Part shown: piece by piece, positions 38,994-48,667 of the stretch
How positions within the stretch are numbered: the stretch's first letter is position 1
How the letters are laid out: every line of letters starts with the position of its first letter
Source of the DNA: an uncultured delta proteobacterium
GTDB lineage: Bacteria > Desulfobacterota > Binatia > UBA9968
Direction of reading: 5' to 3'
Assembly (NCBI GenBank): GCA_963727625.1
Contig: CAVSHR010000002.1
Span: forward strand, 608,001 to 672,000
DNA: 64,000 bases
Translations under genes and position numbers: made by a program
The notes under the pieces: generated by a model
Told to the model about the DNA's origin: nothing
The model's database searches: none
Seen by the model: the letters and a program-made list of their open reading frames with translations, nothing else

Positions 38994-40477
38994 CGTTTTC
39001 TCCACTGCTCGGCAAGCTCGACGGCTTTCAGCATGGCGCGCGCTTTATTGAGCGTTTCCTGGTATTCCAGTTTCGGATCGGAATCGGCGACGATGCCGGC
39101 GCCCGCGGTGACGTAGACTTTTTTGCCCTTCATCACGATGGTGCGAATGACGATGCACGTGTCCAAGTTACCGTTGTAGCCGAAATAGCCGATGGCGCCG
39201 GCGTAGAGACCGCGTTTCTGCGGTTCGAGCTCGCTGACGATTTGCATGGCGCGAATTTTCGGCGCGCCGGAAACCGTGCCGGCGGGAAAGGCGGAGACGA
39301 AGAGATCGAAGGAGGTTTTGCCGGCCGCCAGTTTGCCGCGCACGTTGGATACGATGTGGATCACGTGCGAGTAGCGCTCGATGGCCATCAATTCATTGAC
39401 TTCGACCGAGCCGATCTCGGCGACCCGGCCGACATCGTTGCGGCCGAGATCGACCAGCATGATATGCTCAGCACGCTCTTTCGGATCGGCGAGCAGATCG
39501 GCTTCCAGTTCGCGCTCTTCTTCCGGCGTGGCGCCGCGGCGGCGGGTCCCGGCGATGGGGCGCAACTCGATGGTGCCGCCGGTGAGCCGAACCATGGTTT
39601 CCGGCGATGAGCCGATCACCCGCAGCTCTTCGAGTTCCAGGTAAAACATGTAGGGGGATGGGTTGATAAAGCGCAGGGCGCGATAAATTTCAAAAGGATC
39701 GGTGGTGGTTTCCGTCTCCAGGCGCTGACAGAGGACGACTTGAATGATATCGCCCGCCTTGATGTATTCCTTGGCCGTGGCCACGGCTTTCTCGAAAGCC
39801 CGGGGTGATAAATTCGAGCGAAATTTTCTTCGTCCTTCACTCTGGGTCAAGTCTCGCGGCTCGATGCCGCGCGGCTTTTTTTGCAGACTCGAAATGACCT
39901 TGCGAACACGCTTGAGCGAGGCATCGTAAGCACGGCGAAGATCGGTCTGATTATCGAGCTGCACGTTATCGATGACCTTGATCGTATGTTTTAGGTTGTC
40001 GAAGGCGACCAGGGTCTGCACGAAGACGAAAAAAATCTCCGGCGCATCCAGCGGGTCCGGTTTATCGTTGACAATCCCGTGGACCTGTTCGACGGCATCG
40101 TAGGACACGTAGCCGAGCGCACCGCCGAAAAAGGGCGGCACGCCGGGCACCTTGACCGGACGGCAACCCTCTAACAAATTCTCCAGCATCTTGAGCGGGT
40201 CTTCGCAGGTCAGCTGCCGCGATTTCCCGCGTTCGATTATCTCGACTTGCTTGCCGCGCGCTTTGAAGATGCGGTACGGACGCGTACCCAAAAACGAAAA
40301 GCGCGCCCAGCGTTCGCTGCCTTCGACGCTTTCGAGCAGAAACGAGTAACGGTCCCGCTCGAGCCGCTTAAAAAACGACAGAGGTGTTTCGAGATCCATG
40401 AGCAGTTCCTGGTACACCGGGACCAAATTGCCTTGTTTAGCGAGCGCGCAAAAATCTGGGTAGGTTGGTTGAATCAT
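38990..40477 (-). CDS. trpE: Anthranilate synthase component I
   Basis: LLES Trp-feedback motif, NPSPYM, SSPE, PIAGTRRRG, AEHIMLVDLGRND, FPAGTVSGAPK; Trp leader upstream. Confidence 0.95.
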   Translation of the reverse strand: MIQPTYPDFCALAKQGNLVPVYQELLMDLETPLSFFKRLERDRYSFLLESVEGSERWARFSFLGTRPYRIFKARGKQVEIIERGKSRQLTCEDPLKMLENLLEGCRPVKVPGVPPFFGGALGYVSYDAVEQVHGIVNDKPDPLDAPEIFFVFVQTLVAFDNLKHTIKVIDNVQLDNQTDLRRAYDASLKRVRKVISSLQKKPRGIEPRDLTQSEGRRKFRSNLSPRAFEKAVATAKEYIKAGDIIQVVLCQRLETETTTDPFEIYRALRFINPSPYMFYLELEELRVIGSSPETMVRLTGGTIELRPIAGTRRRGATPEEERELEADLLADPKERAEHIMLVDLGRNDVGRVAEIGSVEVNELMAIERYSHVIHIVSNVRGKLAAGKTSFDLFVSAFPAGTVSGAPKIRAMQIVSELEPQKRGLYAGAIGYFGYNGNLDTCIVIRTIVMKGKKVYVTAGAGIVADSDPKLEYQETLNKARAMLKAVELAEQWRKR

Positions 40478-40493
40478 TTTTTCTTGTTCTGAG

Positions 40494-40531
40494 AAAATAA
40501 AAAGGGCCATAAGTTTACCACCTATGGCCCT
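40494..40531 (-). terminator. trp attenuator terminator hairpin
   Basis: mRNA AGGGCCAUA-loop-UAUGGCCCU followed by UUUUAUUUU, just upstream of trpE. Confidence 0.88.
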
Positions 40532-40557
40532 AACCGTATTCACTTTTTTTACAGGGA

Positions 40558-40638
40558 TCAGCCATGGCGGAGACGCTGTCTCATGGGCCAGCACCACCAA
40601 GTGAGAGCTAAGCATTCACGCTGTGATTGCCGATTCAT
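40558..40638 (-). CDS. trpL: trp operon leader peptide (26 aa)
   Basis: MNRQSQRECLALTWWCWPMRQRLRHG, three Trp codons, followed by antiterminator and terminator. Confidence 0.85.
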   Translation of the reverse strand: MNRQSQRECLALTWWCWPMRQRLRHG

Positions 40639-40644
40639 GACGCC

Positions 40645-40673
40645 ATATTGCCGTATTGGATTTTGCCGGTCAA
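40645..40673 (-). promoter_or_regulatory. Candidate sigma-70 promoter for trpL (leaderless)
   Basis: TTGACC-N17-CAATAT, 6 nt before the trpL ATG; no SD. Confidence 0.5.
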
Positions 40674-41037
40674 GCTCGCCGTTCAGGGCGTCCTATGTCG
40701 GCTGGCGCCAACTCATACTTAGATGGTTCTATTTATTGAATTCGAGAAATCGGCTCCCAGGACAAAACGGTAAACCTCCTTGGTTATCGTTCCATTCCCG
40801 AATGATCCACGATTGCCCCATTTGGAAATCATCGATTCAAAGCACCGATCGCTTTGTCAAAGCTGTTTTCGCGGTCGATTAGCCATCCTAAGCCGTAAAT
40901 TTTAGGCCCGGCCCGTCGTCCGGAGGCCGTTTGACAACGATAGACCGCCGAGTTAGGTTAAAACGCCTTTTTGGAATCGGCCCAAGGGGCGATGAAGTTC
41001 GTATTTTAAGCGAGACAAGCGACACCCAGGAGGAAAC

Positions 41038-41817
41038 ATGGTTCGGCGCGAGAAATCCAATTACGTCATTCAATCAGTCTCGCACGCGCTCGATGTATTG
41101 GAACAATTCAATGGCAACGTCGATGAAATCGGTGTCACCGAGTTGAGCAAGCGGCTAAAGCTGCACAAGAACAATGTTTTCCGATTGCTCGCAACGCTTG
41201 AGGCCCGCGGCTACATCGAACAAAATAAAATTAGCGAAAATTATCGTTTGGGATTGCGCTGTTTGCAATTGGGACAAACCTTTATCCATCAAATGGGCTT
41301 GCTCGTGCAGTCGCGCTCGATTCTCGAGGAACTAACCCAGTTGACCCAAGAAAGCGCCTACGTCGCGATTCGCAAGGGCAGCGCGATTATTCCGCTCGAT
41401 TTCGTCGAACCGGCGCGGACGGTGCGCGTGGTGTCCTTCTTGGGCACGGTACTGCCGGCGCACTGCACTGCGGCCGGAAAGATACACTTGGTGTTCGAAG
41501 CCGAAGGGATTGCGGCTCAAACCTTGCCGGAGCGATTAGAGCGGTTCACGGACAAAACCATCGTCGACAAAGCGGCCTTACGCGAGCAGATGAAAACCAT
41601 CGGGGAGACCGGATACGCGGTGGAGCGAGGTGAATTTGCCGACGACGTCAATGCCGTCGCGGTTCCGGTGCGTGATTACACCAGGTCGCTCGTGGGAACC
41701 CTGGCCGTCGTCGGGCCGGCGCACCGGTTAGACGACATAGCGGTCAGTGACGAAATCGCGCCGGCGCTGCTCAAGGCGGGCGGAGAGCTCTCCAAGCGTT
41801 TGGGCTTTCCCGCGTGA
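41038..41817 (+). CDS. IclR family transcriptional regulator
   Basis: IQSVSHALDVLE, HTH, YRLG, PAHCTAAGK, AVAVPV. Confidence 0.93.
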   Translation: MVRREKSNYVIQSVSHALDVLEQFNGNVDEIGVTELSKRLKLHKNNVFRLLATLEARGYIEQNKISENYRLGLRCLQLGQTFIHQMGLLVQSRSILEELTQLTQESAYVAIRKGSAIIPLDFVEPARTVRVVSFLGTVLPAHCTAAGKIHLVFEAEGIAAQTLPERLERFTDKTIVDKAALREQMKTIGETGYAVERGEFADDVNAVAVPVRDYTRSLVGTLAVVGPAHRLDDIAVSDEIAPALLKAGGELSKRLGFPA

Positions 41818-42006
41818 GCCAAGAAACCGCGTGACACCGGGGGAATTTCTCGCGCTGGGCAATTCTCACCGACTCAGGATTATCCAGATTACCGTCGTAG
41901 AACCTTAGAAAATCTTTGGCGCCGGTCCGAGTCTTTCTCAAGCTCGTTTTGACAAGCGCTTCGTCTCAACGATAAGAAAGAGCCAACGGAGGTCTAAAGG
42001 CCCGCT

Positions 42007-44004
42007 ATGCTGACCTTAGTCGAAAAACTTCTTTTTGTTCTGTTTGCGCTGGGATCGCTCTATTATGGCGGGACTCAATTTTATGCCGTCTACCGCGCCA
42101 TCGCCCGCGGCAAGCCGGAAACGCGCATGGATAATCTCAGCGCGCGCATTGGGCGGGCTCTCTGGATTGTCTTGACGCAAAAGTCAGTATTTAAAGCGCG
42201 GCCACTGGTTTCATTCCTGCACGCTTTGATTTTCTACGGGTTTGTCTTTTATTTTCTCGTCAATCTAGTCGACGTGCTCGAAGGCTTATTTGGCATTCAC
42301 GCGCGCGGCGGAGCCTGGAACCTGTTTAACCTGCTCGCCGATCTGCTGACCGCTTGCGTGTTGATCGGCATTTTCGGAATGTTGATTCGCCGCCTGTTTG
42401 TGCGGCCCAAGGACTTTGATTTCCCCGCCAATGTGCCGCTCCAGCCAATGGTTCGCGCCGGAATTTTTCGCGATTCCACGCTGGTGGCCGGTTTCATTGT
42501 TTTTCACGTCGGTTGCCGGATGTTGTTCAAAGCGACGCAGCTCGCCATTGACGGAGCCGATTCATTCCAGCCGGTAAGCTCGCTCTTCGCGGCGGCTTTA
42601 ACCGGATCCTCAACCGGCGCGCTCGATTTACTCAACCACGTCTTCTGGTGGGGTGCGTTGGGGTCGATTTTGCTGTTTATTCCTTATTTCCCGCGCTCGA
42701 AGCATATCCATCTTTTCCTCGCGCCGATCAACCTGGCGTTAAAGAAAGACAAGCCGGGCGTGCTGCAGCCGATGGATTTCGAGAAGGAGGAGGTGTTTGG
42801 CGCGGCGAAGCTCGAAGACTTTACCTGGCCGCGGTTGTTGGATTCCTACAGCTGCATCATGTGCAACCGCTGCCAGGATGTTTGCCCCGCGACCAATACC
42901 GGAAAAGCGCTTAGTCCCGCGGCGATTCTGATCAACGAGCGCTACGAGTTGAATAAAATATTGCCGGCTTTCGCCGACGGGCAGCAAAGCCCGCGGCCAT
43001 TACTTGATTTTGCGCTAAATGAAGAGGCGGCGTGGGCCTGCACGACCTGCAACGCTTGTATCGAAGTCTGCCCGGTGGGGAACGAGCAGATGCTGCATAT
43101 CCTCGACGTGCGGCGCGAGCGGGTGCTTAACGCGGCGGAATTCCCCAAGGGTTTGCAGAACACCTTTAATCATATGGAGCGCGCCGGCAATCCTTGGGGC
43201 ATGGCCGCCGACGAACGTCTCGCTTGGGCCAAGGATTTGCCGTTTGCCGTGCCGACCTTGGCGCAAAAATCCGATCCTGAAGTGCTCTATTGGGTCGGTT
43301 GCGCGGTGGCCTTTGATCCTCGTGCGCAAAAAATCGCCCGAAGTCTAGCGGCTATTTTCAATGCCGCCGGCTTGGATTGGGCCGTGCTCGGCAAAGAGGA
43401 AAAGTGCACCGGCGATACGGCGCGACGCACCGGCAACGAGTACCTCTTTGCGCAAATGGCGGAAGAAAACATCGCGGCTTTAAACCAGATCAAAGCCAAA
43501 ACCATCGTGACGACCTGTCCCCACTGTTTTCATACCCTCGCCAACGAATACCCGCAGTTCGGCGGTAATTACACGGTAAAGCATCACACCGAGTTCATCG
43601 ATGAGCTGATTCGCGCCGGCCGGGTAAAGCTCGCGACCAACGGCGCCGGTGCGGTGACCTATCACGATCCTTGCTATCTCGGCCGCCACAACGGCATTTT
43701 CGATCAGCCGCGTGGCTTGATTCAATCCACCGGCGCCAAGGTCAGCGAACCGAGCCGCAATGGTAAGAACAGCTTTTGCTGCGGGGCGGGCGGCGGCCAA
43801 TTTTGGAAAGAAGAAGAAAAGGGCAAAGAACGGGTAAGTACCAATCGTTATCGCGAGCTCAAGATGACCGGCGCCAAAACCGTCGCCACAGGTTGTCCGT
43901 TCTGTATGCGCATGATCACTGAAGAGGCTGCCAAAGAGGAGCCTGACACCGCCATGGAAATCCTGGATGTCGCCGAAATCGTCGCCAACAGCCTCGCCGG
44001 TTGA
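42007..44004 (+). CDS. Membrane-bound (Fe-S)-binding oxidoreductase (FadF/HdrD-like, CCG domains)
   Basis: N-terminal TMs, SKHIH, CIMCNRCQDVCP, CTTCNACIEVCP, YHDPCYLGRHN, CCGAGGG, CPFC. Confidence 0.9.
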   Translation: MLTLVEKLLFVLFALGSLYYGGTQFYAVYRAIARGKPETRMDNLSARIGRALWIVLTQKSVFKARPLVSFLHALIFYGFVFYFLVNLVDVLEGLFGIHARGGAWNLFNLLADLLTACVLIGIFGMLIRRLFVRPKDFDFPANVPLQPMVRAGIFRDSTLVAGFIVFHVGCRMLFKATQLAIDGADSFQPVSSLFAAALTGSSTGALDLLNHVFWWGALGSILLFIPYFPRSKHIHLFLAPINLALKKDKPGVLQPMDFEKEEVFGAAKLEDFTWPRLLDSYSCIMCNRCQDVCPATNTGKALSPAAILINERYELNKILPAFADGQQSPRPLLDFALNEEAAWACTTCNACIEVCPVGNEQMLHILDVRRERVLNAAEFPKGLQNTFNHMERAGNPWGMAADERLAWAKDLPFAVPTLAQKSDPEVLYWVGCAVAFDPRAQKIARSLAAIFNAAGLDWAVLGKEEKCTGDTARRTGNEYLFAQMAEENIAALNQIKAKTIVTTCPHCFHTLANEYPQFGGNYTVKHHTEFIDELIRAGRVKLATNGAGAVTYHDPCYLGRHNGIFDQPRGLIQSTGAKVSEPSRNGKNSFCCGAGGGQFWKEEEKGKERVSTNRYRELKMTGAKTVATGCPFCMRMITEEAAKEEPDTAMEILDVAEIVANSLAG

Positions 44005-44005
44005 T

Positions 44006-44470
44006 ATGCGCCCGCGACGCCTGCTGTTTTTTCCCAACTTTCTTGCCGCGCTCAGCATCGTGGCGGCGTGCGAGGCCCAACCCAGGGTCACAATATCGAC
44101 CAAGGCGGGGCGTGAGATAGTCTTTCAGGTCGAGGTTGCCGACACCCCGGCTAAGCGGCAAATGGGCCTCCAGTATCGCCGCGAGTTGGCCGGCGACCGC
44201 GGCATGATTTTTTTGTTTGCCGCGGAGTCCCCGCAAACCTTCTGGATGAAGAACACGCCAATCCCCCTGGATATGATTTTTATCAATCGCGGGCGCAGGA
44301 TCGTCGGCATCGTCGAACACGCGGTGCCGTTTTCACTGGATTCGCGGTCGGTCGGCCTGCCCAGTCAGTTTGTCTTGGAAATCAACGGCGGTTTGGCCAA
44401 AAAACTTGGCATTGAAAGCGGCGACAGTGTGCGCTTCGACGGCATTCCGGCGGCACCCGTGACCGAATAA
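44006..44470 (+). CDS. DUF192 family lipoprotein
   Basis: VAAC lipobox; VEVADT, GMIF, FWMKNTPIPLDMIF, VLEINGG. Confidence 0.88.
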   Translation: MRPRRLLFFPNFLAALSIVAACEAQPRVTISTKAGREIVFQVEVADTPAKRQMGLQYRRELAGDRGMIFLFAAESPQTFWMKNTPIPLDMIFINRGRRIVGIVEHAVPFSLDSRSVGLPSQFVLEINGGLAKKLGIESGDSVRFDGIPAAPVTE

Positions 44471-44503
44471 AAAGGGATCGCGAGCATGGCCCGCGACCCC
44501 TTT
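44471..44503. terminator. Probable terminator hairpin between convergent genes
   Basis: aaagggatcgcgagc-atg-gcccgcgaccccttt. Confidence 0.6.
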
Positions 44504-44524
44504 GTCCTTGAACGCGGTTGGCGG

Positions 44525-45592
44525 TTAAATTTCCGCAAAGAAATAGGGCTGCACCGGCACGAGCTTTTCCTCGTAAGAATCCGGATACATAAACCACAAG
44601 GTCGCGGCGATGCTGCTCAACAGCGAGTTGCCGTCCTGCGGCGTAAAGCAGGTGCCGATGATTTCTTTATCGCCGCGCATCGCCAGACTCTGGGTGACGA
44701 TTACCGTTTGGTTGAGAATCCTGCCGAACATGCCGTGATCCCGGCCAAAAGAAAACACCGATGCGGACGATTTTTTGTGCGTGAGCGCGACCCGTGAATT
44801 GGCCTTGAGACGACGCATCAGTTCTTCTTTGTTGATGCCGCGCCGCAGCTTCAGATCGAAGTGAATCGTGTGCATGTACTGTGTGTTCAGCTTCAAAGCA
44901 GAGGAGTAGATATCAAGGTCTAAGCCTAGGGTTTTGAACAGGTAATGGGCGTCGCGACCTTGGTGGGTACCAAACTTCGGATCGTCGTGTTTGCCTGCTT
45001 CGGGAGCGGGGATGAAATCTCCTTCCTGGCTTAGATCATTGGCGCGACGCATGCACACAAAGCGACTTTCGGCGAGGTTATTTTCCTTTTCCGGACCCAA
45101 GGCGATCGTGTCGATCAGCACCGCCAAGTTGTGGGTGTTGCAGCTTACGACTTGAATGAACTGGTCCTTGCCTTTCTCGAGCGCTTTGTCATTGATCCCG
45201 CGGGCGTACTTCTTACCGAAGCCGTCTTCGCTGCCCTGGGCAATGAAGCCGCGGCCGTTACCGGCATATTTGTTATAAATCTTTTCCTTGTTCTCATTGC
45301 CCACCGGGGTGCAGTCGATAATCACGTTGGCGCGCTCGATCGCCTCTTCAGCCTCGAGGCTCGGCTGCATGCCCATATCGACGAACTTTTGCCAACGGTC
45401 TTTGTCGACGGCGAGCTTCGCGCCTTGCCTGCACGACACCTTCACTTTGGACCGGTCGGTGATCAACGGAGTACGCTTGTGAAACGTCACTTCATCAATC
45501 CCGAATTGCTCTTTGAAGGTTGACAAAATGCCGATCAGCGGCTCGCCGATAGTTCCGGTTCCGACGATGTGAACTATCTTTTTCTGCGCCAT
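44525..45592 (-). CDS. Archaeal-type (class II) glyceraldehyde-3-phosphate dehydrogenase-like protein
   Basis: GTGTIG, IIDCTP, AQGSE, VVSCNTHNL catalytic Cys, MRRAND, THQGRD, MHTIH. Confidence 0.78.
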   Translation of the reverse strand: MAQKKIVHIVGTGTIGEPLIGILSTFKEQFGIDEVTFHKRTPLITDRSKVKVSCRQGAKLAVDKDRWQKFVDMGMQPSLEAEEAIERANVIIDCTPVGNENKEKIYNKYAGNGRGFIAQGSEDGFGKKYARGINDKALEKGKDQFIQVVSCNTHNLAVLIDTIALGPEKENNLAESRFVCMRRANDLSQEGDFIPAPEAGKHDDPKFGTHQGRDAHYLFKTLGLDLDIYSSALKLNTQYMHTIHFDLKLRRGINKEELMRRLKANSRVALTHKKSSASVFSFGRDHGMFGRILNQTVIVTQSLAMRGDKEIIGTCFTPQDGNSLLSSIAATLWFMYPDSYEEKLVPVQPYFFAEI

Positions 45593-45757
45593 AAACTCCC
45601 ATCCGGGGTTTTTTTATTACGCAAATAGTAGCTCAAACCATACAAGCAATCAACATGATTTTGTCCCATCCGCCGTTCCTGTACTGCGAATTTGTTTTCC
45701 GCAAACGAGTTTAATCGACAAATACTTATGTGTTAACATTTCAATTCGGGAGGGAAT

Positions 45758-47203
45758 ATGGCGATCGAAACATTGCCGGCGGCTTTCTTTAGCGACAATT
45801 TCGGCATCCGCTCGAACGACCTGCAAAAAGTGGTCGACACGGCTCTGGGCAAAAAGGCGGACTATGCCGACCTCTATTTTGAATACCGGAGAAACGAAGG
45901 GGTGGGGCTGGAGGAGGGACTGGTCAAAAACTGCTCCCAGTCCACGGCCAACGGGGTCGGGGTCCGTGTTCTTGCCGAGACTAAGACCGGTTATGCCTAC
46001 ACCGACGATATCACCATAGAGAAGCTCGAAATTGCGGCGCGGACCGCGCAGTACATCGCCCAGAATCGATCTTCGCAAACGCCGGCGCCGGTGGGGCAGC
46101 CGCGCGGCGAGCACCACGATCTCTACCCGGTAAAGACGCCGGTTAACGACATCGCTTTGGAAAATAAAGTGGAACTGCTTTACGAAATCGACAAATTTAC
46201 CCGCGCTATGGACCCCCGGGTGAAAAATGTTTTTGTCTCCCTTGGCAGCGAATACAAAGTGATTCTGGTGGCGACGTCCCAAGGCGTGGTTGTCGGGGAC
46301 ATTCAGCCGCTCACGCGGCTTAACGTTACCTGCATCGCCGAGGAAAACGGCAACCGGCAGATCGGCAGTTTCGGCGGCGGCGGCAGGGTCGAGTTTGGTT
46401 TCTTCGTCGACCACAAGGATTGGGAGAGATACGCCCAGCAGTCGGTGCGCCAGGCAATTCTCAATCTGAGCGCCGTCGATGCGCCTGCGGGTACCATGGA
46501 CGTGGTTTTGGGCAGCGGCTGGCCGGGCATTCTGCTCCACGAAGCGATCGGTCACGGACTCGAAGGCGATTTCAATCGCAAAAAGACTTCCGCCTTCACC
46601 GATCGAATCGGCCAGAGAGTGGCGTCGGATTTATGCACCGTGGTCGATGATGGCACGATTCCGTCCCGGCGTGGATCGGTCAATATCGATGATGAGGGCA
46701 CGCCGACGCATCGGACAGTGCTGATTGAAAAAGGCATTCTCAAGGGCTACCTGCAAGATAAACTCAACGCGGGATTGATGAAGATGCCGCTCACGGGCAA
46801 CGGGCGGCGTGAAAGCTACGCGCATATTCCCATGCCACGCATGACCAACACGTTTATGCTCGCTGGCGAATCTTTGCCTGAGGACGTTATCCGCTCGGTC
46901 AAAAAAGGGCTGTATGCGGTTTCCTTCGGTGGCGGCCAGGTGGACATCACCAGCGGTAAATTCGTGTTCTCGGCCAGCGAGGCTTATCTCATCGAAGAGG
47001 GCAAGGTCACCAAGCCGGTCAAGGGTGCCACGCTAATCGGCAACGGTCCCGATGTGTTGACCCGAGTATCGATGGTGGGCTCGGATCTAAAGCTAGACGA
47101 GGGCGTCGGCACCTGCGGCAAGGACGGACAGTCGGTTCCGGTCGGCGTCGGTTTGCCGACGATTAAGATCGACGGGCTGACCGTCGGGGGGACGAAGGCA
47201 TAA
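45758..47203 (+). CDS. tldD: Metalloprotease TldD
   Basis: GWPGILLHEAIGHGLEGDFNRK, GNGRRESY, PRMTNT, CGKDGQ. Confidence 0.95.
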   Translation: MAIETLPAAFFSDNFGIRSNDLQKVVDTALGKKADYADLYFEYRRNEGVGLEEGLVKNCSQSTANGVGVRVLAETKTGYAYTDDITIEKLEIAARTAQYIAQNRSSQTPAPVGQPRGEHHDLYPVKTPVNDIALENKVELLYEIDKFTRAMDPRVKNVFVSLGSEYKVILVATSQGVVVGDIQPLTRLNVTCIAEENGNRQIGSFGGGGRVEFGFFVDHKDWERYAQQSVRQAILNLSAVDAPAGTMDVVLGSGWPGILLHEAIGHGLEGDFNRKKTSAFTDRIGQRVASDLCTVVDDGTIPSRRGSVNIDDEGTPTHRTVLIEKGILKGYLQDKLNAGLMKMPLTGNGRRESYAHIPMPRMTNTFMLAGESLPEDVIRSVKKGLYAVSFGGGQVDITSGKFVFSASEAYLIEEGKVTKPVKGATLIGNGPDVLTRVSMVGSDLKLDEGVGTCGKDGQSVPVGVGLPTIKIDGLTVGGTKA

Positions 47204-47267
47204 CAAATACCGTTCAAGCCGTATATCAGAAGCATCCGAAACGTTTTGAACGAATTGTAGGAAACTT

Positions 47268-48623
47268 ATGGAACGCATGGAGTTGAGCCAAGACTTAGGC
47301 CGGGAAATCCTTTCCATGGCCAAAGCCAAAGGAGCGTCGCAGGGCGATGTCATGATGGCGGAGAGCGAGTCGTTCTTTGTCACGGTACGCATGGGCGAGG
47401 TGGAAAAGATCAGCCAGGCAGGCGAGAAGCGCTTGGGGTTGCGGCTTTTTTTCGGTAACAGCTCCGCCTCGGCATCGACCTCCGACATTTCCGGGAAGTC
47501 GATAGAGAAACTGGTCGACGACACCGTACGCATGGCCAAGGTGACGGCGCAGGACCCCCATGGCGGTTTACCGGAGGCTTCCGAGATGGCTCGCGAGCTT
47601 CCTGAGCTCGACTTGAGCGATGACGGTGCTAGGGCGGTTTCGGTTGACGAGAAGATTCAAATTGCCCTCGATGCCGAGAACGGCGCTTTAACTTACGATC
47701 CGCGTATTACCAATTCCGAAGGGGCGGAATTTTCCAATCAATTCGGCCGGGTGATCTATGCCAACAGCCACGGCTTTGCGGGCAAATACGCCGGGTCGAC
47801 CTTCGGCCATTCAGTAGCCCCCGTGGCGTCCGAGAATGGCGCCATGCAGCGCGATTATTGGTATTCATCCAACCGAAAATTCTCCAAGCTCGAATCGCCC
47901 CGAAGCGTCGGCGAGAAAGCCGCGCAGCGGGTGCTGCGCCGGCTCGGCGGGCGCAAGGTCAAGACTTGCGAGGTGCCCGTCGTCTTTGATCCCGAGATGG
48001 CTGCTTCGTTGCTGCGTAGCCTGGCCTCGGGGATCTCCGGCTACTCGTTGTACAAAGGCGCGTCGTTCTTGGCCGGCAAGCTGGGCACCAAGATCGGCTC
48101 CGGGCTGCTTTCCGTAATCGACGACGCGACCATACCCGGCGCGCTGGCGTCACGCCCGTTTGACGGCGAAGGATTGCCTACCCGGAAAAAGGTCGTCGTT
48201 GAGAAAGGCGAGCTGCAAAGTTATTTGCTCGACACCTACAGCGGCAAAAAACTGGGCATGAAATCCACCGGCAACGCGTCGCGCTCGGTGGGAGAGCCGC
48301 CCGGGGTGTCGCCCGCGAATTTCTATTTGTCTCCAGGTCATGACACGCCGCAGCAAATTATCAAATCCGTGAAAGGCGGTTTGTACGTCACCGAGATGAT
48401 CGGTTTCGGTGTCAACATGGTCACCGGCGACTATTCGCGCGGCGCTGCCGGGTTGTGGATCGAAAACGGCGAGCTGACCTATCCGGTGGAGGAGATTACG
48501 ATTGCCGGTAATTTGAAAGAGATGTTTCAGAACATCGAGAGGGTGGGTAACGATCTTGAATTGCGCGGGCGAATTGCCTCGCCAACGATTAAAATCTCTC
48601 AAATGACCGTGGCCGGCGATTGA
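47268..48623 (+). CDS. pmbA: TldE/PmbA protein
   Basis: ITNSEGA, MQRDYWY, FDGEG, STGNA, TGDYSRGAAG, EITIAGNL. Confidence 0.93.
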   Translation: MERMELSQDLGREILSMAKAKGASQGDVMMAESESFFVTVRMGEVEKISQAGEKRLGLRLFFGNSSASASTSDISGKSIEKLVDDTVRMAKVTAQDPHGGLPEASEMARELPELDLSDDGARAVSVDEKIQIALDAENGALTYDPRITNSEGAEFSNQFGRVIYANSHGFAGKYAGSTFGHSVAPVASENGAMQRDYWYSSNRKFSKLESPRSVGEKAAQRVLRRLGGRKVKTCEVPVVFDPEMAASLLRSLASGISGYSLYKGASFLAGKLGTKIGSGLLSVIDDATIPGALASRPFDGEGLPTRKKVVVEKGELQSYLLDTYSGKKLGMKSTGNASRSVGEPPGVSPANFYLSPGHDTPQQIIKSVKGGLYVTEMIGFGVNMVTGDYSRGAAGLWIENGELTYPVEEITIAGNLKEMFQNIERVGNDLELRGRIASPTIKISQMTVAGD

Positions 48624-48667
48624 AAATCGACGATGGATTATTTGTTATCGTCGATCCTTGATTTCAC

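Noticed and set aside
45650-46555. Long antisense ORFs (this one; also 26106..27068, 61209..62234, 13760..14560)
   Set aside because: They overlap well-supported genes on the opposite strand; typical high-GC shadow ORFs with no motifs.
45758-48623. tldD/pmbA as part of a RiPP or of the cytochrome cluster
   Set aside because: Canonical housekeeping pair; no precursor peptide or YcaO nearby; separated from the cluster by a hairpin and a convergent gene.
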